A stretch of 64,000 bases of DNA from Methylocystaceae bacterium (GTDB taxonomy: Bacteria; Pseudomonadota; Alphaproteobacteria; Rhizobiales; Beijerinckiaceae): NCBI GenBank assembly GCA_009773555.1, contig WSXZ01000021.1, positions 574-64,573 on the forward strand, given 5' to 3'. How positions within the stretch are numbered: the first letter of the stretch is position 1; each line of letters begins with the position of its first letter. Below the pieces are notes generated by a model that had not been told where the DNA came from, searched no databases, and saw only the letters and a program-made list of their open reading frames with translations. This document shows positions 1-9,586 of the stretch, one piece after another. The translations under genes were made by a program, and so were the position numbers.

Positions 1-359
1 CCTCGGGGCAATCGAATGTGCGCTACGCCGCCGGCGAAACCGTGAGGCTGATACCGGCCACGACCTATGCGCAGACTCGCATCAAGAATTTTTACGGCTC
101 GGTGAAATTCCTCCCGGCCGCGTCAATCCCGAAGGTCGAGCCGGACACGCAATACGCCTCTTTGACCCGCACGACGACGACGGAGTCGAACGGACGATTC
201 ACCTTCGAGAATGTCGCCCCCGGACGCTATTATCTCACCACACAGCTCATCTGGAAGCCGAAGGATGCGCCCACGCCTGAAGGCGGCGCGATGTATGAAG
301 AAGTGACGCTCACCGGCAAGGAAAACGGCCCGGTGAAAGTCGTTCTCTCCGGCAATTGA
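1..359 (+). CDS. Carboxypeptidase-regulatory-like domain protein, C-terminal part (5' end outside window)
   Basis: The frame is open to the window edge. The motif NGRFTFENVAPGRYYL is typical of CarboxypepD_reg-like beta-sandwich domains. Confidence 0.45.
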   Translation, partial: SGQSNVRYAAGETVRLIPATTYAQTRIKNFYGSVKFLPAASIPKVEPDTQYASLTRTTTTESNGRFTFENVAPGRYYLTTQLIWKPKDAPTPEGGAMYEEVTLTGKENGPVKVVLSGN

Positions 360-769
360 GCGCGCCTGTGTCTCTATTGCTCGTCGTGGCGGCGGCGCTC
401 GTCGACGCCGACAATCGCGTGCTGATCGCGCAACGTCCCGAAGGCAAACAGCTCGCCGGTCTGTGGGAGTTTCCCGGCGGCAAGCTGCATCCCGGCGAGC
501 GGCCGGAAGACGCGCTCGCCCGCGAACTCGAAGAAGAACTCGGCGTGCGGGTCTGCGCGCCCTGCCTCGCGCCTTTGACCTTCGCGAGCCACGCCTACGA
601 CGACTTCCATCTTCTGATGCCGCTCTACGTCTGCCGTAAGTGGGAGGGCTTTGTTTCGCCGATGGAGGGACAGGCGGTGAAATGGGCGCGGGCGCGCGAT
701 CTGCGCAACTATCCGATGCCGCCCGCCGACGCGCCGCTGATCGGGCCGCTGATTGATCTGCTGGGATGA
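356..769 (+). CDS. mutT: NUDIX hydrolase, MutT-type 8-oxo-dGTP diphosphatase
   Basis: Nudix box GGKLHPGERPEDALARELEEELGV (GX5EX7REUXEEXGU). The ~135 aa size is typical of MutT. An alternative GTG start lies at 368. Confidence 0.8.
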   Translation: MSAPVSLLLVVAAALVDADNRVLIAQRPEGKQLAGLWEFPGGKLHPGERPEDALARELEEELGVRVCAPCLAPLTFASHAYDDFHLLMPLYVCRKWEGFVSPMEGQAVKWARARDLRNYPMPPADAPLIGPLIDLLG

Positions 770-793
770 TCAGACAGCGGGCTGACCGAACTT

Positions 794-2197
794 TTGAAGC
801 GTTGTTATGAGCTGAAGGACTTCCTGATCATGATCATTGACGGCGCTGCGCATACAGAAAGCGCCAACCGTCGCGCGCGCTACGCGGCGGGAAAGACCCT
901 GCGCCAGCTCGTCCGGCGCCAAAGCCTGGCGGATTTTACGCCTGCCGCAAACCGAAACGCTCTCGCGATCATCGCCGAGACCGAACGGGATCGAATCCAA
1001 TCCTTGATTCCGCTTCGCCGCAAATCCATGGCGGAGTCGCCGCACGCCTTTCTGCGCGGCGCCGCCGATGTGATGGCCGCCGATCTTTCGACGCAACCGG
1101 CGCCCGGCATTCTCGCACAGGTCTGCGGCGACTGCCATTTGATGAATTTCGGCGCCTTCGTCTCGCCGGAAGGACATCCGCTGTTCGACGTGAATGATTT
1201 CGATGAGACGCTGCCTAAGATCGATGTCACGATCGATTTGCGCCGCTTGGCGACAAGCGCCGTCGTCGCCGCCCTTGGCGCCGGCAAGAGCGAGCAGACG
1301 GCAAGATCCACGGCGCGCGCCGCCGTCAAAGCCTACCGCCGCGCGGTGACCAAACTCGCCACCTTGTCGCCGCTCGAGGCGTGGAATACCCGTGTGCCGC
1401 TGCGTGATGTCGCCGCCGGCCTCCGCGATCGGGTTCTCCACGACGCCGTGCACGCAGCGATCGTGTCGCACAAAAACGAAGATGATTATGCGGACAATTT
1501 TCCAAGGGTCGCGAAAGACTCTTCCGGCGACTGGCGAGTCGAGGACAAGCCGCCGCGGCTCTTCCATCTCGATGACGGCGAGGCCAATCAATTCGACGTC
1601 GACGGACTCATTGCCGCCGCCTTCGCGAAGTTGCCGCCGCACGTCGCCTCTTTGTTGCGCCGCTATGGTTTGTGCGACATCGCTTTCAAGGCCGTTGGCG
1701 TCGGCAGCGTCGGCACCTATTGCACGATCGCGTTGTTCATGAGTCCGGACGATGAGCGGCTCTTCCTTCAAATCAAGGAAGCGAAGCGCTCAGTGCTGGA
1801 ACGCTTCGGCCTTGGCGCATGGCCCGGCGCGCAGGCCGAGCGCGTCGTGGAAGGTCAGCGCATGATGCAGGCGGCGTCGGACATATTTTTAGGGCCCATG
1901 CTCGACCCTGCATCTAAGCGCGAATTCTACATGCGCCAGCTGAAGACGCGCCGTTTGGGCGGACTTACCGAATTGCTGCAGAATCACGACCTTCTGGATT
2001 ACGCGAAACTATGCGGGTGCACTTTGGCGCGCGCGCATGCGCGTTCCGCCGACGCCGTGACTCTCGCCGGATACATGGGCAAGAGCGAAGCGTTCGACGA
2101 CGCGCTCGCGTCCTTCGCGATGCTCTATGCGCAGCAAAACGCTAAGGACTACGAAACATTCTGTAAGCAGGGCGGCGCTAAGCCTGCTCGTCCCTGA
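794..2197 (+). CDS. DUF2252 family protein
   Basis: 467-aa ORF with HAFLRGAA...CGDCHLMNFG segments characteristic of DUF2252. The true start is probably an internal ATG near 829. Confidence 0.7.
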   Translation: MKRCYELKDFLIMIIDGAAHTESANRRARYAAGKTLRQLVRRQSLADFTPAANRNALAIIAETERDRIQSLIPLRRKSMAESPHAFLRGAADVMAADLSTQPAPGILAQVCGDCHLMNFGAFVSPEGHPLFDVNDFDETLPKIDVTIDLRRLATSAVVAALGAGKSEQTARSTARAAVKAYRRAVTKLATLSPLEAWNTRVPLRDVAAGLRDRVLHDAVHAAIVSHKNEDDYADNFPRVAKDSSGDWRVEDKPPRLFHLDDGEANQFDVDGLIAAAFAKLPPHVASLLRRYGLCDIAFKAVGVGSVGTYCTIALFMSPDDERLFLQIKEAKRSVLERFGLGAWPGAQAERVVEGQRMMQAASDIFLGPMLDPASKREFYMRQLKTRRLGGLTELLQNHDLLDYAKLCGCTLARAHARSADAVTLAGYMGKSEAFDDALASFAMLYAQQNAKDYETFCKQGGAKPARP

Positions 2198-3242
2198 CCG
2201 TCGCGTAGCTCGCCGGAATCGACAGAGTCCAAATCAATCCATCGGGCGGAAAGTTGAGCGTCGCCGTCCCATCCAGCGCCTGGGCGACAAGTCGCTTGAT
2301 GACCTTATGGCCGAAGCCTTCGCGCGGCGGCATCGCCACCGCCGGGCCGCCGCTCTCGCGCCATTCGATATTGAGCCGTCCGTCTTCGAAGCGCCATGTC
2401 AGCGAGACGGCGCCGTCCGGCCGCGACAAGCCGCCAAAGCTTAGCGCGTTCGTGGCGAGTTCATGCAAAGCGAGGCCGATGTTCTGCGCCGCCTCCGGCT
2501 TCAGCATGATTTTCGGGCCATCGATCGTCGCGCGCGACGACACGTCGCCCTGCGGCACGTCCATGCAATACGCGAGCTGAGCGCGTACCAATTCGCGCAT
2601 CGAGGCGCCGCGCCAATCCTGCGACACGAGCAGATCATGCGCCATCGACAGCGCCTGCAGGCGGGCGCCGAATTTGCGCTGGAAATCTTCGACCGAAGGC
2701 GACCCGGCGGCCGTCTGCCGCGACATCGCCTGCACCACGGCGAGCAGGTTCTTCGAGCGATGCACGAGTTCGCGCAAGAGCACGCGCACATGCTGCTCGC
2801 GCTGCTTGCGCGGCGTGATGTCGCGCGCGGTGCCGAGAATGCGAACCGCGCGGCCTTCGTCAAAAAAAGTGCGGCCGCGCACCGAGACCCAGCGCTCGAT
2901 GCGGTCGGTCTGACCGATGACGCGATATTCGATCTCGTAATCACCCTCGTGCGTGGGATCGAGCGCGACGCCGACAGCCTCTTTCGTACGCTTCTTGTCC
3001 TGCGGATGCAGGGCGCTGCGGAAAATCTCGAAACTCGCCGGAACGCCTTCTGGAAGGCCCCACAGGCGGCGCACGCGCTCGTCGATATGGACTTCGCCGG
3101 TCAAGAGATTCCAGTCCCAGATGCCGGTGCGGCCGGCGTCGAGCGCAAGCTGCATCCGCTCCAGGGCGAAGGCCTGCTCGTCGCAGTAGGACCGCGGGTC
3201 GCGCGCATCCTCGGTCGTTGGGCGAATTTCCGTGTCGGTCAC
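2178..3242 (-). CDS. PAS domain-containing HWE-family sensor histidine kinase
   Basis: H-box HRSKNLLAVVQAMSRQT and N-box LALHELATNALSFGG. The N-terminal PAS-like segment reads GIWDWNLLTGEVHIDERV. Confidence 0.8.
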   Translation of the reverse strand: MTDTEIRPTTEDARDPRSYCDEQAFALERMQLALDAGRTGIWDWNLLTGEVHIDERVRRLWGLPEGVPASFEIFRSALHPQDKKRTKEAVGVALDPTHEGDYEIEYRVIGQTDRIERWVSVRGRTFFDEGRAVRILGTARDITPRKQREQHVRVLLRELVHRSKNLLAVVQAMSRQTAAGSPSVEDFQRKFGARLQALSMAHDLLVSQDWRGASMRELVRAQLAYCMDVPQGDVSSRATIDGPKIMLKPEAAQNIGLALHELATNALSFGGLSRPDGAVSLTWRFEDGRLNIEWRESGGPAVAMPPREGFGHKVIKRLVAQALDGTATLNFPPDGLIWTLSIPASYATVRDEQA

Positions 3243-3302
3243 GCGGCGCCTGTCTGTTGGGAGGCCGGCAGCATACTCCCAGATGCGCCGCAGCGCGAGG
3301 GG

Positions 3303-5318
3303 CTAGATATCCACCAGTTCCGTCGCGAACGCGGCGCGCTCCTGAATGAAGGCGAAGCGCGCTTCCGGCCTGTTGCCCATCAGCCGCTCGACGCAGTCTG
3401 CGGTCTCCTCGCGATCCTCCGGCTCGACGACGACTTTGAGGAGCGTGCGCTTGCTCGGGTCCATCGTCGTTTCCTTGAGCTGAGCCGCGCTCATCTCGCC
3501 CAGCCCCTTGAAACGGCCGGTCTCGATCTTTCCCTTCCCGGTCAGCTCCTTGGCGATCAATTCGTCGCGATGTTCATTGTCGCGCGCGTAGACGGTCTTC
3601 GCGCCCTGCGTGAGCTTGTAGAGCGGCGGCTGCGCCAGATAGAGATGGCCGTTCTCGATGAGCCGCGGCATCTGCCGATAGAAGAAGGTGATGAGCAGCG
3701 AGGCGATGTGCGCGCCGTCGACGTCGGCGTCGGTCATCACGATCACCTTCTCGTAGCGCAGATCCTCATCGCGGTAATGCGCGCCCAGTCCGCAGCCGAG
3801 CGCTTGGGTCAGATCGGCGAGCTGCTGATTGGCGAGGAGCTTGTCCTTCGTCGCCGAGGCGACATTCAAAATCTTGCCGCGCAGCGGCAAAATGGCCTGC
3901 GTCGTGCGGTTGCGCGCCTCCTTCGCCGAGCCGCCGGCGGAGTCGCCTTCGACGATGAACAGCTCCGAGCCCTGCGCCGAATTATTGGTGCAGTCGACAA
4001 GCTTGCCGGGCAGCCGGAGTTTGCGGGTCGCGGTCTTGCGGGCGATGTCCTTCTCGGCGCGGCGGCGCAGGCGCTCCTCGGCGCGCTCCACGGCGAAGTC
4101 CAAGAGCTTATTGGCCTGCGAGGGGGCGCCGGCGAGCCAATGGTCGAAGGCGTCCCGCACCGCGCTTTCGACGATGCGCGCCGCCTCGGCGCTCATCAGC
4201 CGGCTTTTGTTCTGGCCCTGAAACTCCGGCTCGCGAATGAAGACCGAGATCATCGCGGCCGACTGGCCCATGAGATCGTCGGCGCCGATGTCCTTGGCGC
4301 GCTTCGACTGCCCGACCCGCTCGGCGTGATCCTTGAGCGCCTTGAGGAGCGCGGCGCGAAACCCTGCCTCATGCGTGCCGCCGTCCGGCGTCGGAATCGT
4401 GTTGCAATACGAATGGACAAAGCCGTCATCCTCGGCGAGCCAGGAGACCGCCCATTCCAGCGAGCCATGACCGCCTTCGCGCGTGATCTTGCCGACAAAG
4501 GGCTGATCGGCGACGAGTTCCTTCCCGTGAATCTCGCGCGCCAGATAATCCTTCAGGCCGCCGGGAAAGCGCAGCACCGCCTCAGGCGGCGTATCGGCGC
4601 CGGGGTCGATCAGCGAAGGATCGCAGCGCCAGCGAATTTCGACCCCGCCGAAGAGATAGGCTTTGGAGCGCGACATGCGGAAGAGCCGCGCCGGCTTCCA
4701 ATGCGCGCCGGCGCCGAAAATCTGCGCGTCGGGCTTGAAGCGCACCTTCGTGCCGCGCCGATTGTTGACGCGGCCAAGCGTCTTGAGCTTGCCGAGCGGC
4801 AGGCCCCGCGAAAACTCCTGTCCGTAAAGCTGGCCGGCGATCGCCACTTCGACTTCAAGCTTTTCGGACAACGCATTGACGACCGAGACGCCGACGCCGT
4901 GCAGACCGCCGGAGGTCTGATAGGCGCCGGAATCGAACTTACCGCCCGCGTGGAGCGTGGTCATCACCACTTCCAGCGCCGATTTCTTGGGAAATTTCGG
5001 ATGTGACTCGACCGGAATGCCGCGGCCGTTGTCGATCACCGTGAGCCAGCCCTCTGTTTCCAGCGTCACTTCGATGAAGGTCGCATGGCCGGCCACGGCC
5101 TCGTCCATGGCGTTGTCCAGCACCTCGGCGAAGAGGTGATGCATCGCCGCCTCGTCGGTGCCGCCGATATACATGCCGGGGCGCCGGCGGACGGGCTCGA
5201 GCCCCTCCAGCACTTCGATCGAGGCGGCGGAATATTCCGCCGGCCCGCGTTTTGGGGCGGGTTTCGACGCGGGCGCCTTGCGCGGCGCGCCGCTGAAAAG
5301 ATCGGGTTTTGAAGCCAT
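3303..5318 (-). CDS. parE: DNA topoisomerase IV subunit B
   Basis: GHKL ATPase motif EVLDNAMDE and Toprim motifs EGDSAGGSAK and PLRGKILNV. At 671 aa it lacks the long GyrB-specific insertion, which favours ParE over GyrB. Confidence 0.85.
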   Translation of the reverse strand: MASKPDLFSGAPRKAPASKPAPKRGPAEYSAASIEVLEGLEPVRRRPGMYIGGTDEAAMHHLFAEVLDNAMDEAVAGHATFIEVTLETEGWLTVIDNGRGIPVESHPKFPKKSALEVVMTTLHAGGKFDSGAYQTSGGLHGVGVSVVNALSEKLEVEVAIAGQLYGQEFSRGLPLGKLKTLGRVNNRRGTKVRFKPDAQIFGAGAHWKPARLFRMSRSKAYLFGGVEIRWRCDPSLIDPGADTPPEAVLRFPGGLKDYLAREIHGKELVADQPFVGKITREGGHGSLEWAVSWLAEDDGFVHSYCNTIPTPDGGTHEAGFRAALLKALKDHAERVGQSKRAKDIGADDLMGQSAAMISVFIREPEFQGQNKSRLMSAEAARIVESAVRDAFDHWLAGAPSQANKLLDFAVERAEERLRRRAEKDIARKTATRKLRLPGKLVDCTNNSAQGSELFIVEGDSAGGSAKEARNRTTQAILPLRGKILNVASATKDKLLANQQLADLTQALGCGLGAHYRDEDLRYEKVIVMTDADVDGAHIASLLITFFYRQMPRLIENGHLYLAQPPLYKLTQGAKTVYARDNEHRDELIAKELTGKGKIETGRFKGLGEMSAAQLKETTMDPSKRTLLKVVVEPEDREETADCVERLMGNRPEARFAFIQERAAFATELVDI

Positions 5319-5512
5319 GAGCGATCTTAGCGCGATTCGCGACAGCGTGGGTCGGTTCGGCGCAAGCGCATTCGCCTGGCCGACATAGGGAATTCACAAA
5401 AAAGGCAGACGAGGCTTGCGCTTGTCGCACAGGCGACGCTGAGGCATGCTCGCGCCCCGGCTAAATACTCACTTAAGGATTTTTGCTCAACCGAAAAAAT
5501 TGGAGCTCATCC

Positions 5513-7063
5513 ATGGCGCAAGATAAACAATTAGCGGTGTACGAGGTCGCCCCGCCACCTGCCGCCAAAGCCTTCACGCCCGCTTTCTTCGTCGAAAGCA
5601 CAGCGCCCGATAATATCGACGACAAGGAAAGCGCGCCGTCAACTCCTGAAAACTGCGAACCTTCGGAGATCGATAAGATCGTCAAGGTATTGGCCAAACA
5701 GGAGAACCCTAAACTCCTGATTACCGTCCACGGCTTCAACACGCCGCGAAAGAAAGTTCTCGAAACTTTCAAAGAATCTTTCATCGCGTTGAACGACGAC
5801 GACGCGCTCAAGAACTGTGGCCTCGTTTGCATCGGTTATCGTTGGCCGTCAGAAGCGATGGGAACCCCTTGGCGAAGCGGTTTGAACGCCGCGCCGTTGT
5901 TCCTTCTCGGCATTCTCTTCGTCGCACTCGCCGCCGTATATCTCGTGAACTTCTCTTTCGAGATTTGCGACTGGTGGAAGCTCTCGCGCGTCGTCGTGAC
6001 GGCCGTGACCGCGGCGATGGCCCTTATTCCCCTCACCCTTTTTGGCCTACGGCTCATCGTCTATTTTCGTGACGGCTTTCGAGCGACGAATTACGGGGTG
6101 CCGGACCTCGTCAATCTTATCCGAGACATCGACGACAGGCTTCCCAAACGGCCGAAGGATGAGCCCGACGATCTTGTCGGAAGGGTCGAGCTGTCTTTTA
6201 TCGGCCACAGCATGGGCGGCTTTGTCGTCACCAACGCCGTGCGCATTCTCTCCGACGTGTTTTCCCCACTCGCGATCGCCGCCATGCGCCATGGCCCGGA
6301 GACGCTGGGAAGCGAAGAGGAGCGCGGCCGGCGGGAGCTCAGATCGAAGATCGGAAAGAATTTCATCTTGCGCCGCCTCGTGCTGGTCTCGCCCGACATT
6401 CCCTCGGAAGTGCTGCTGCTCGGCCGAAGCAATGCGCTGCATTCGTCGTTGATCCGCTTTCAGGAGGCCCATCTTTTCTCCAACGAAGGCGACGAAGTCC
6501 TGCGCGACATTTCGACGACGGCGAATTTCTTCTCGCTGCCGACGAAGAGCCGCAGGTTCGGCTATCGCCTCGGCAATGTCGGCGTGCTGACCGGCTGGGG
6601 ACTTTCCGAACAACTGACGCTCGGCAATCTGCGCGTCGGCGCGCGCACCCTTTACGAGCTTTACGCTGAACTTGACGCCGTGCAGTCGGAAGAGTCATTC
6701 GCGCAGCGGCTGACCTATTTTGACTGCACCGACAGCATCGACGCCGAGGGCCGCGGGGTGGTGACGGACGCTGCGCCCGGCGTGTCGCCGAATCTGTCCT
6801 GGCTTGGACATCTGCGCCTGCTTTGGGTCTATGTCAGAGGCGATGTCGACGTCCACTCCGGCTATTTCCTGAAGCCCAGCCTCGTGCGCGAACTGATCTA
6901 TCGCTTCGCCGCCATCGGCTATGGCGACGCCGAGAGGCTTTACGGCGGCCTCGCCGCGTTGAGCGCGGAATGTGAAAACTATCAGATCAAGGCGCTGAAA
7001 GCGGGTGAGCGCAGCGTCGCCGCCGCCGCGGCGGAAGACGCGAAAGCAGCCGCGTCGCCATGA
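5513..7063 (+). CDS. Alpha/beta hydrolase (DUF900-like) with an inserted transmembrane hairpin
   Basis: Contains LLITVHGFNT and the nucleophile elbow GHSMGG. Two hydrophobic helices (LFLLGILFVALAAVYLV and VVVTAVTAAMALIPLTLFGL) lie between them. GGAG sits 7 nt upstream of the ATG at 5513. Confidence 0.6.
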   Translation: MAQDKQLAVYEVAPPPAAKAFTPAFFVESTAPDNIDDKESAPSTPENCEPSEIDKIVKVLAKQENPKLLITVHGFNTPRKKVLETFKESFIALNDDDALKNCGLVCIGYRWPSEAMGTPWRSGLNAAPLFLLGILFVALAAVYLVNFSFEICDWWKLSRVVVTAVTAAMALIPLTLFGLRLIVYFRDGFRATNYGVPDLVNLIRDIDDRLPKRPKDEPDDLVGRVELSFIGHSMGGFVVTNAVRILSDVFSPLAIAAMRHGPETLGSEEERGRRELRSKIGKNFILRRLVLVSPDIPSEVLLLGRSNALHSSLIRFQEAHLFSNEGDEVLRDISTTANFFSLPTKSRRFGYRLGNVGVLTGWGLSEQLTLGNLRVGARTLYELYAELDAVQSEESFAQRLTYFDCTDSIDAEGRGVVTDAAPGVSPNLSWLGHLRLLWVYVRGDVDVHSGYFLKPSLVRELIYRFAAIGYGDAERLYGGLAALSAECENYQIKALKAGERSVAAAAAEDAKAAASP

Positions 7064-7542
7064 TCGGCCTCATCGTCGCGCTCTTCAGCGTGCTGCTGCC
7101 GCTGGCGCATCTAGCGCTCAGCAAGACGCCAATGACTCGCGCGCGCGTCGTTCGGCTGCTGCTGCTGTACGCGCTGGTTCTCGACGTCGGCGTCATCGGC
7201 CTGCCGCTCGGCTTCGTGCCGCACGTCTTCTTCCCCGATCAGACCGCGCGCAGCATCGGCTGGGCGCCGGGCAGCCCGTTCCAATTCGAAGTCGGCGTTC
7301 ACGACGGCGCCTGGGGCGTTCTGGGTTTTCTCTGCATTTGGATCCGCGGCGCCTTTTGGCTCGCCACCGGACTTGGATGGTCGCTGTTCATGCTGGGCGC
7401 GACCTATGGCCACGTCATGCAAACGCTTCGCGCCGGCGATTATGCGCCCTACAACTTTTTGACGATCTTCTCCGATGGCTTTATCGCCGTCTGGCTGCTC
7501 CTGCTGCTTTATCTCTGGCGCCGCTGGGACGACAAAAAATGA
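7060..7542 (+). CDS. Small integral membrane protein (4-5 predicted TM helices), translationally coupled to the hydrolase
   Basis: ATGA start/stop overlap with the upstream gene. The 160-aa product is strongly hydrophobic. Confidence 0.6.
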   Translation: MIGLIVALFSVLLPLAHLALSKTPMTRARVVRLLLLYALVLDVGVIGLPLGFVPHVFFPDQTARSIGWAPGSPFQFEVGVHDGAWGVLGFLCIWIRGAFWLATGLGWSLFMLGATYGHVMQTLRAGDYAPYNFLTIFSDGFIAVWLLLLLYLWRRWDDKK

Positions 7543-7602
7543 ACAGCGATAGGAGTGCGGCGAAACGATCATGCGGCGACTGAATTGAGCCTGAGGTTGA
7601 AG

Positions 7603-8340
7603 ATGGAAACGAAGGTCGATGAAATCGCCGAGCGCATCTATCGCTTTTCCACCTTCGCGCCGGAGATCGCCGCGCCCTCCGGCTTCACTTTCAACCAGTT
7701 CCTCATCGACGCCGACGAGCCGCTGCTGTTTCACTGCGGGCCGCGTTCGCTGTTTCCATTCGTATCGAAGGCCTTGGCCGCAATCATGCCGATTGAGCGG
7801 CTGCGCTGGATTTCCTTCGGCCATGTCGAAGCCGATGAATGTGGCGCGATGAATCTTTGGCTCGCCGCTGCGCCGCAGGCGCAAGTGGTTCATGGCCAGA
7901 CGGCGTGCATGGTGTCGCTCAACGATCTCGCCGACCGGCCGCCGCGCGCTCTTGGCAATGGCGAGATCATGGACATCGGCGGAAGGCGCGTGCGCTACAT
8001 CGATACGCCGCATGTGCCGCATGCGTGGGAATCGGGTCTGATCTATGAGGAGACGACCCGCACGCTGTTTTGCGGCGACCTCCTCACGCAAATCGGTCAG
8101 GGGCCTGCCGTCACGAAAGAGAGTGTGCTTGAATCGGCGATGACGGCGGAGAACACCTTTCAGGCCACGTCGCTGACGCCGATGACAGGCCCGACGATCC
8201 GCATGCTCGCGGCGCTGGAGCCCCACCGCCTCGCGGTGATGCACGGCTCGAGCTATGAGGGCGACTGCGCCGCCCTGCTCTCGCAGCTCGCGGCTTTTTA
8301 TGACGCGGCGCTTGCAGCGAAGCGACAAACCTCTCCTTGA
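7603..8340 (+). CDS. MBL-fold metallo-hydrolase / di-iron (ODP/flavodiiron-like) domain protein
   Basis: Metal motif GHVEADECG (HxExD) in an MBL-sized ORF. GAGG lies 8 nt upstream of the ATG at 7603. Confidence 0.7.
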   Translation: METKVDEIAERIYRFSTFAPEIAAPSGFTFNQFLIDADEPLLFHCGPRSLFPFVSKALAAIMPIERLRWISFGHVEADECGAMNLWLAAAPQAQVVHGQTACMVSLNDLADRPPRALGNGEIMDIGGRRVRYIDTPHVPHAWESGLIYEETTRTLFCGDLLTQIGQGPAVTKESVLESAMTAENTFQATSLTPMTGPTIRMLAALEPHRLAVMHGSSYEGDCAALLSQLAAFYDAALAAKRQTSP

Positions 8341-8347
8341 AGGCAAA

Positions 8348-8494
8348 CGTCATGGCCGGGCGAAGACCTTCGTTGGCACACCGAACCGTCATGGCCGGGC
8401 TTGTCCCGGCCATCCACGTGTGGACATTGCCTGCGCCTTGCAACCGTTGCGTAACGTCCCGGCGTGGATGCCCGCGACAAGCGCGGGCATGACG
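8348..8494. repeat. Intergenic hairpin repeat family A: one partial copy plus two inverted units
   Basis: cgtcatggccgggcttgtcccggccatccacg at 8387..8418, and the inverted variant cgtggatgcccgcgacaagcgcgggcatgacg at 8463..8494. The same pair recurs at 22271..22406. Confidence 0.8.
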
Positions 8495-8602
8495 CGGAGA
8501 GTCTGCGTCAGCGGCTTCGGCGGATATAGCCCCGCCTAACGCGACGCATCGACGAGTCGTCGAACCTGCGGTAAGACATTCAGCCAAAACCTCAAGGAAA
8601 AC

Positions 8603-9586
8603 ATGCAACGCTTCTTTGTCGCTCTCGCCGCCTGCCTCGCCAGCGTCTTTCTCCTCGCCGCGCCGGCGCAGGCGGAAAAACTGCGTATCGCACTGCAAAA
8701 AACCGGCACGCTTGGCTGGGAACTTGCCGTCGCTAAGGCGTTCGGCCTCGATAAGGACGCGAAGCTCGATATCGACGCCACCGAGCTCGCCTCGACCGAC
8801 GCCGGCAAGATCGCCATCCAGGGCGGCGGCGCCGACCTCATCATCTCCGATTGGCTGTGGGTGGCGCGTCAGCGCGCGCAGGGCGCGAAGCTGACCTTCT
8901 ACCCACACTCATCGGCGATCGGCGCGGTGATGACCAAGAACCCCGCGATCAAGAGCGTCAAGGATCTCGCCGGCAAAAAACTTGGCGTCGCCGGCGGGCC
9001 GCTCGACAAGAGCTGGCTGATGCTCAAGGCCTATGCGCTCAAGAATGGCGTCGATCTCGACAAGACGGCGACCGTGCTCTACGGCGCGCCGCCGCTCATC
9101 GCCGAAAAGGCGCTGGAGGGCGAGATCGACGCAGCGCTCGAATTCTGGAATTTCGCCGCCGATCTTGAAGCGCAAGGCTTCACACGCGCCGTCGAACTCA
9201 CCGACGTCGAAAAGGCGCTCGGCGCCACAGGCGACGTCGTCGTCACCGGCTATGTTTTCGACGAAGATTTCGCGGCGAAGAACAGCGACGCGCTGGCGCG
9301 CTTCTTCTCAATGACGAAGAAGGCGAAAGAGCTGATCGCGACTTCGGACAAGGCTTGGGACGTGGTCAAGACGCAGCGCCTCGGCGGCAGGGACGCCAAG
9401 ACCGTCGATATTTACCGCAAGCGCTATGTCGCCGGCGCGCCGAAACGCTCGATCGCGCAGGAAGAGGCCGACGCGCGCGCGCTCTATGGCGCGCTCGCCG
9501 CGCTCGGCGGCGAGAAGCTCGTCGGCCCCAGCAAGACGCTTGATCCCGGAACCTTCTACAAGGACGCCAAGGGCAAGCCGCGTTGA
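8603..9586 (+). CDS. ABC transporter substrate-binding protein (NMT1/THI5-like; nitrate/sulfonate/taurine class)
   Basis: Signal peptide MQRFFVALAACLASVFLLAAPAQA. Size and context match an SBP, with permease and ATPase genes directly downstream. Confidence 0.8.
   Translation: MQRFFVALAACLASVFLLAAPAQAEKLRIALQKTGTLGWELAVAKAFGLDKDAKLDIDATELASTDAGKIAIQGGGADLIISDWLWVARQRAQGAKLTFYPHSSAIGAVMTKNPAIKSVKDLAGKKLGVAGGPLDKSWLMLKAYALKNGVDLDKTATVLYGAPPLIAEKALEGEIDAALEFWNFAADLEAQGFTRAVELTDVEKALGATGDVVVTGYVFDEDFAAKNSDALARFFSMTKKAKELIATSDKAWDVVKTQRLGGRDAKTVDIYRKRYVAGAPKRSIAQEEADARALYGALAALGGEKLVGPSKTLDPGTFYKDAKGKPR

Noticed and set aside
2463-5006. 847-aa ORF overlapping the HWE kinase and parE on the opposite strand
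   Set aside because: It is antisense to two well-supported genes and has a low-complexity Arg/Ala-rich translation.
8348-8494. Hairpin repeats as a CRISPR array or as small coding genes (ORFs such as 8255..8539)
   Set aside because: There are only 2-3 units per locus, in inverted orientation and without regular spacers. The ORFs are translations of the repeat (e.g. ...GRACPGHPR..., ...MPATSAGMT...).
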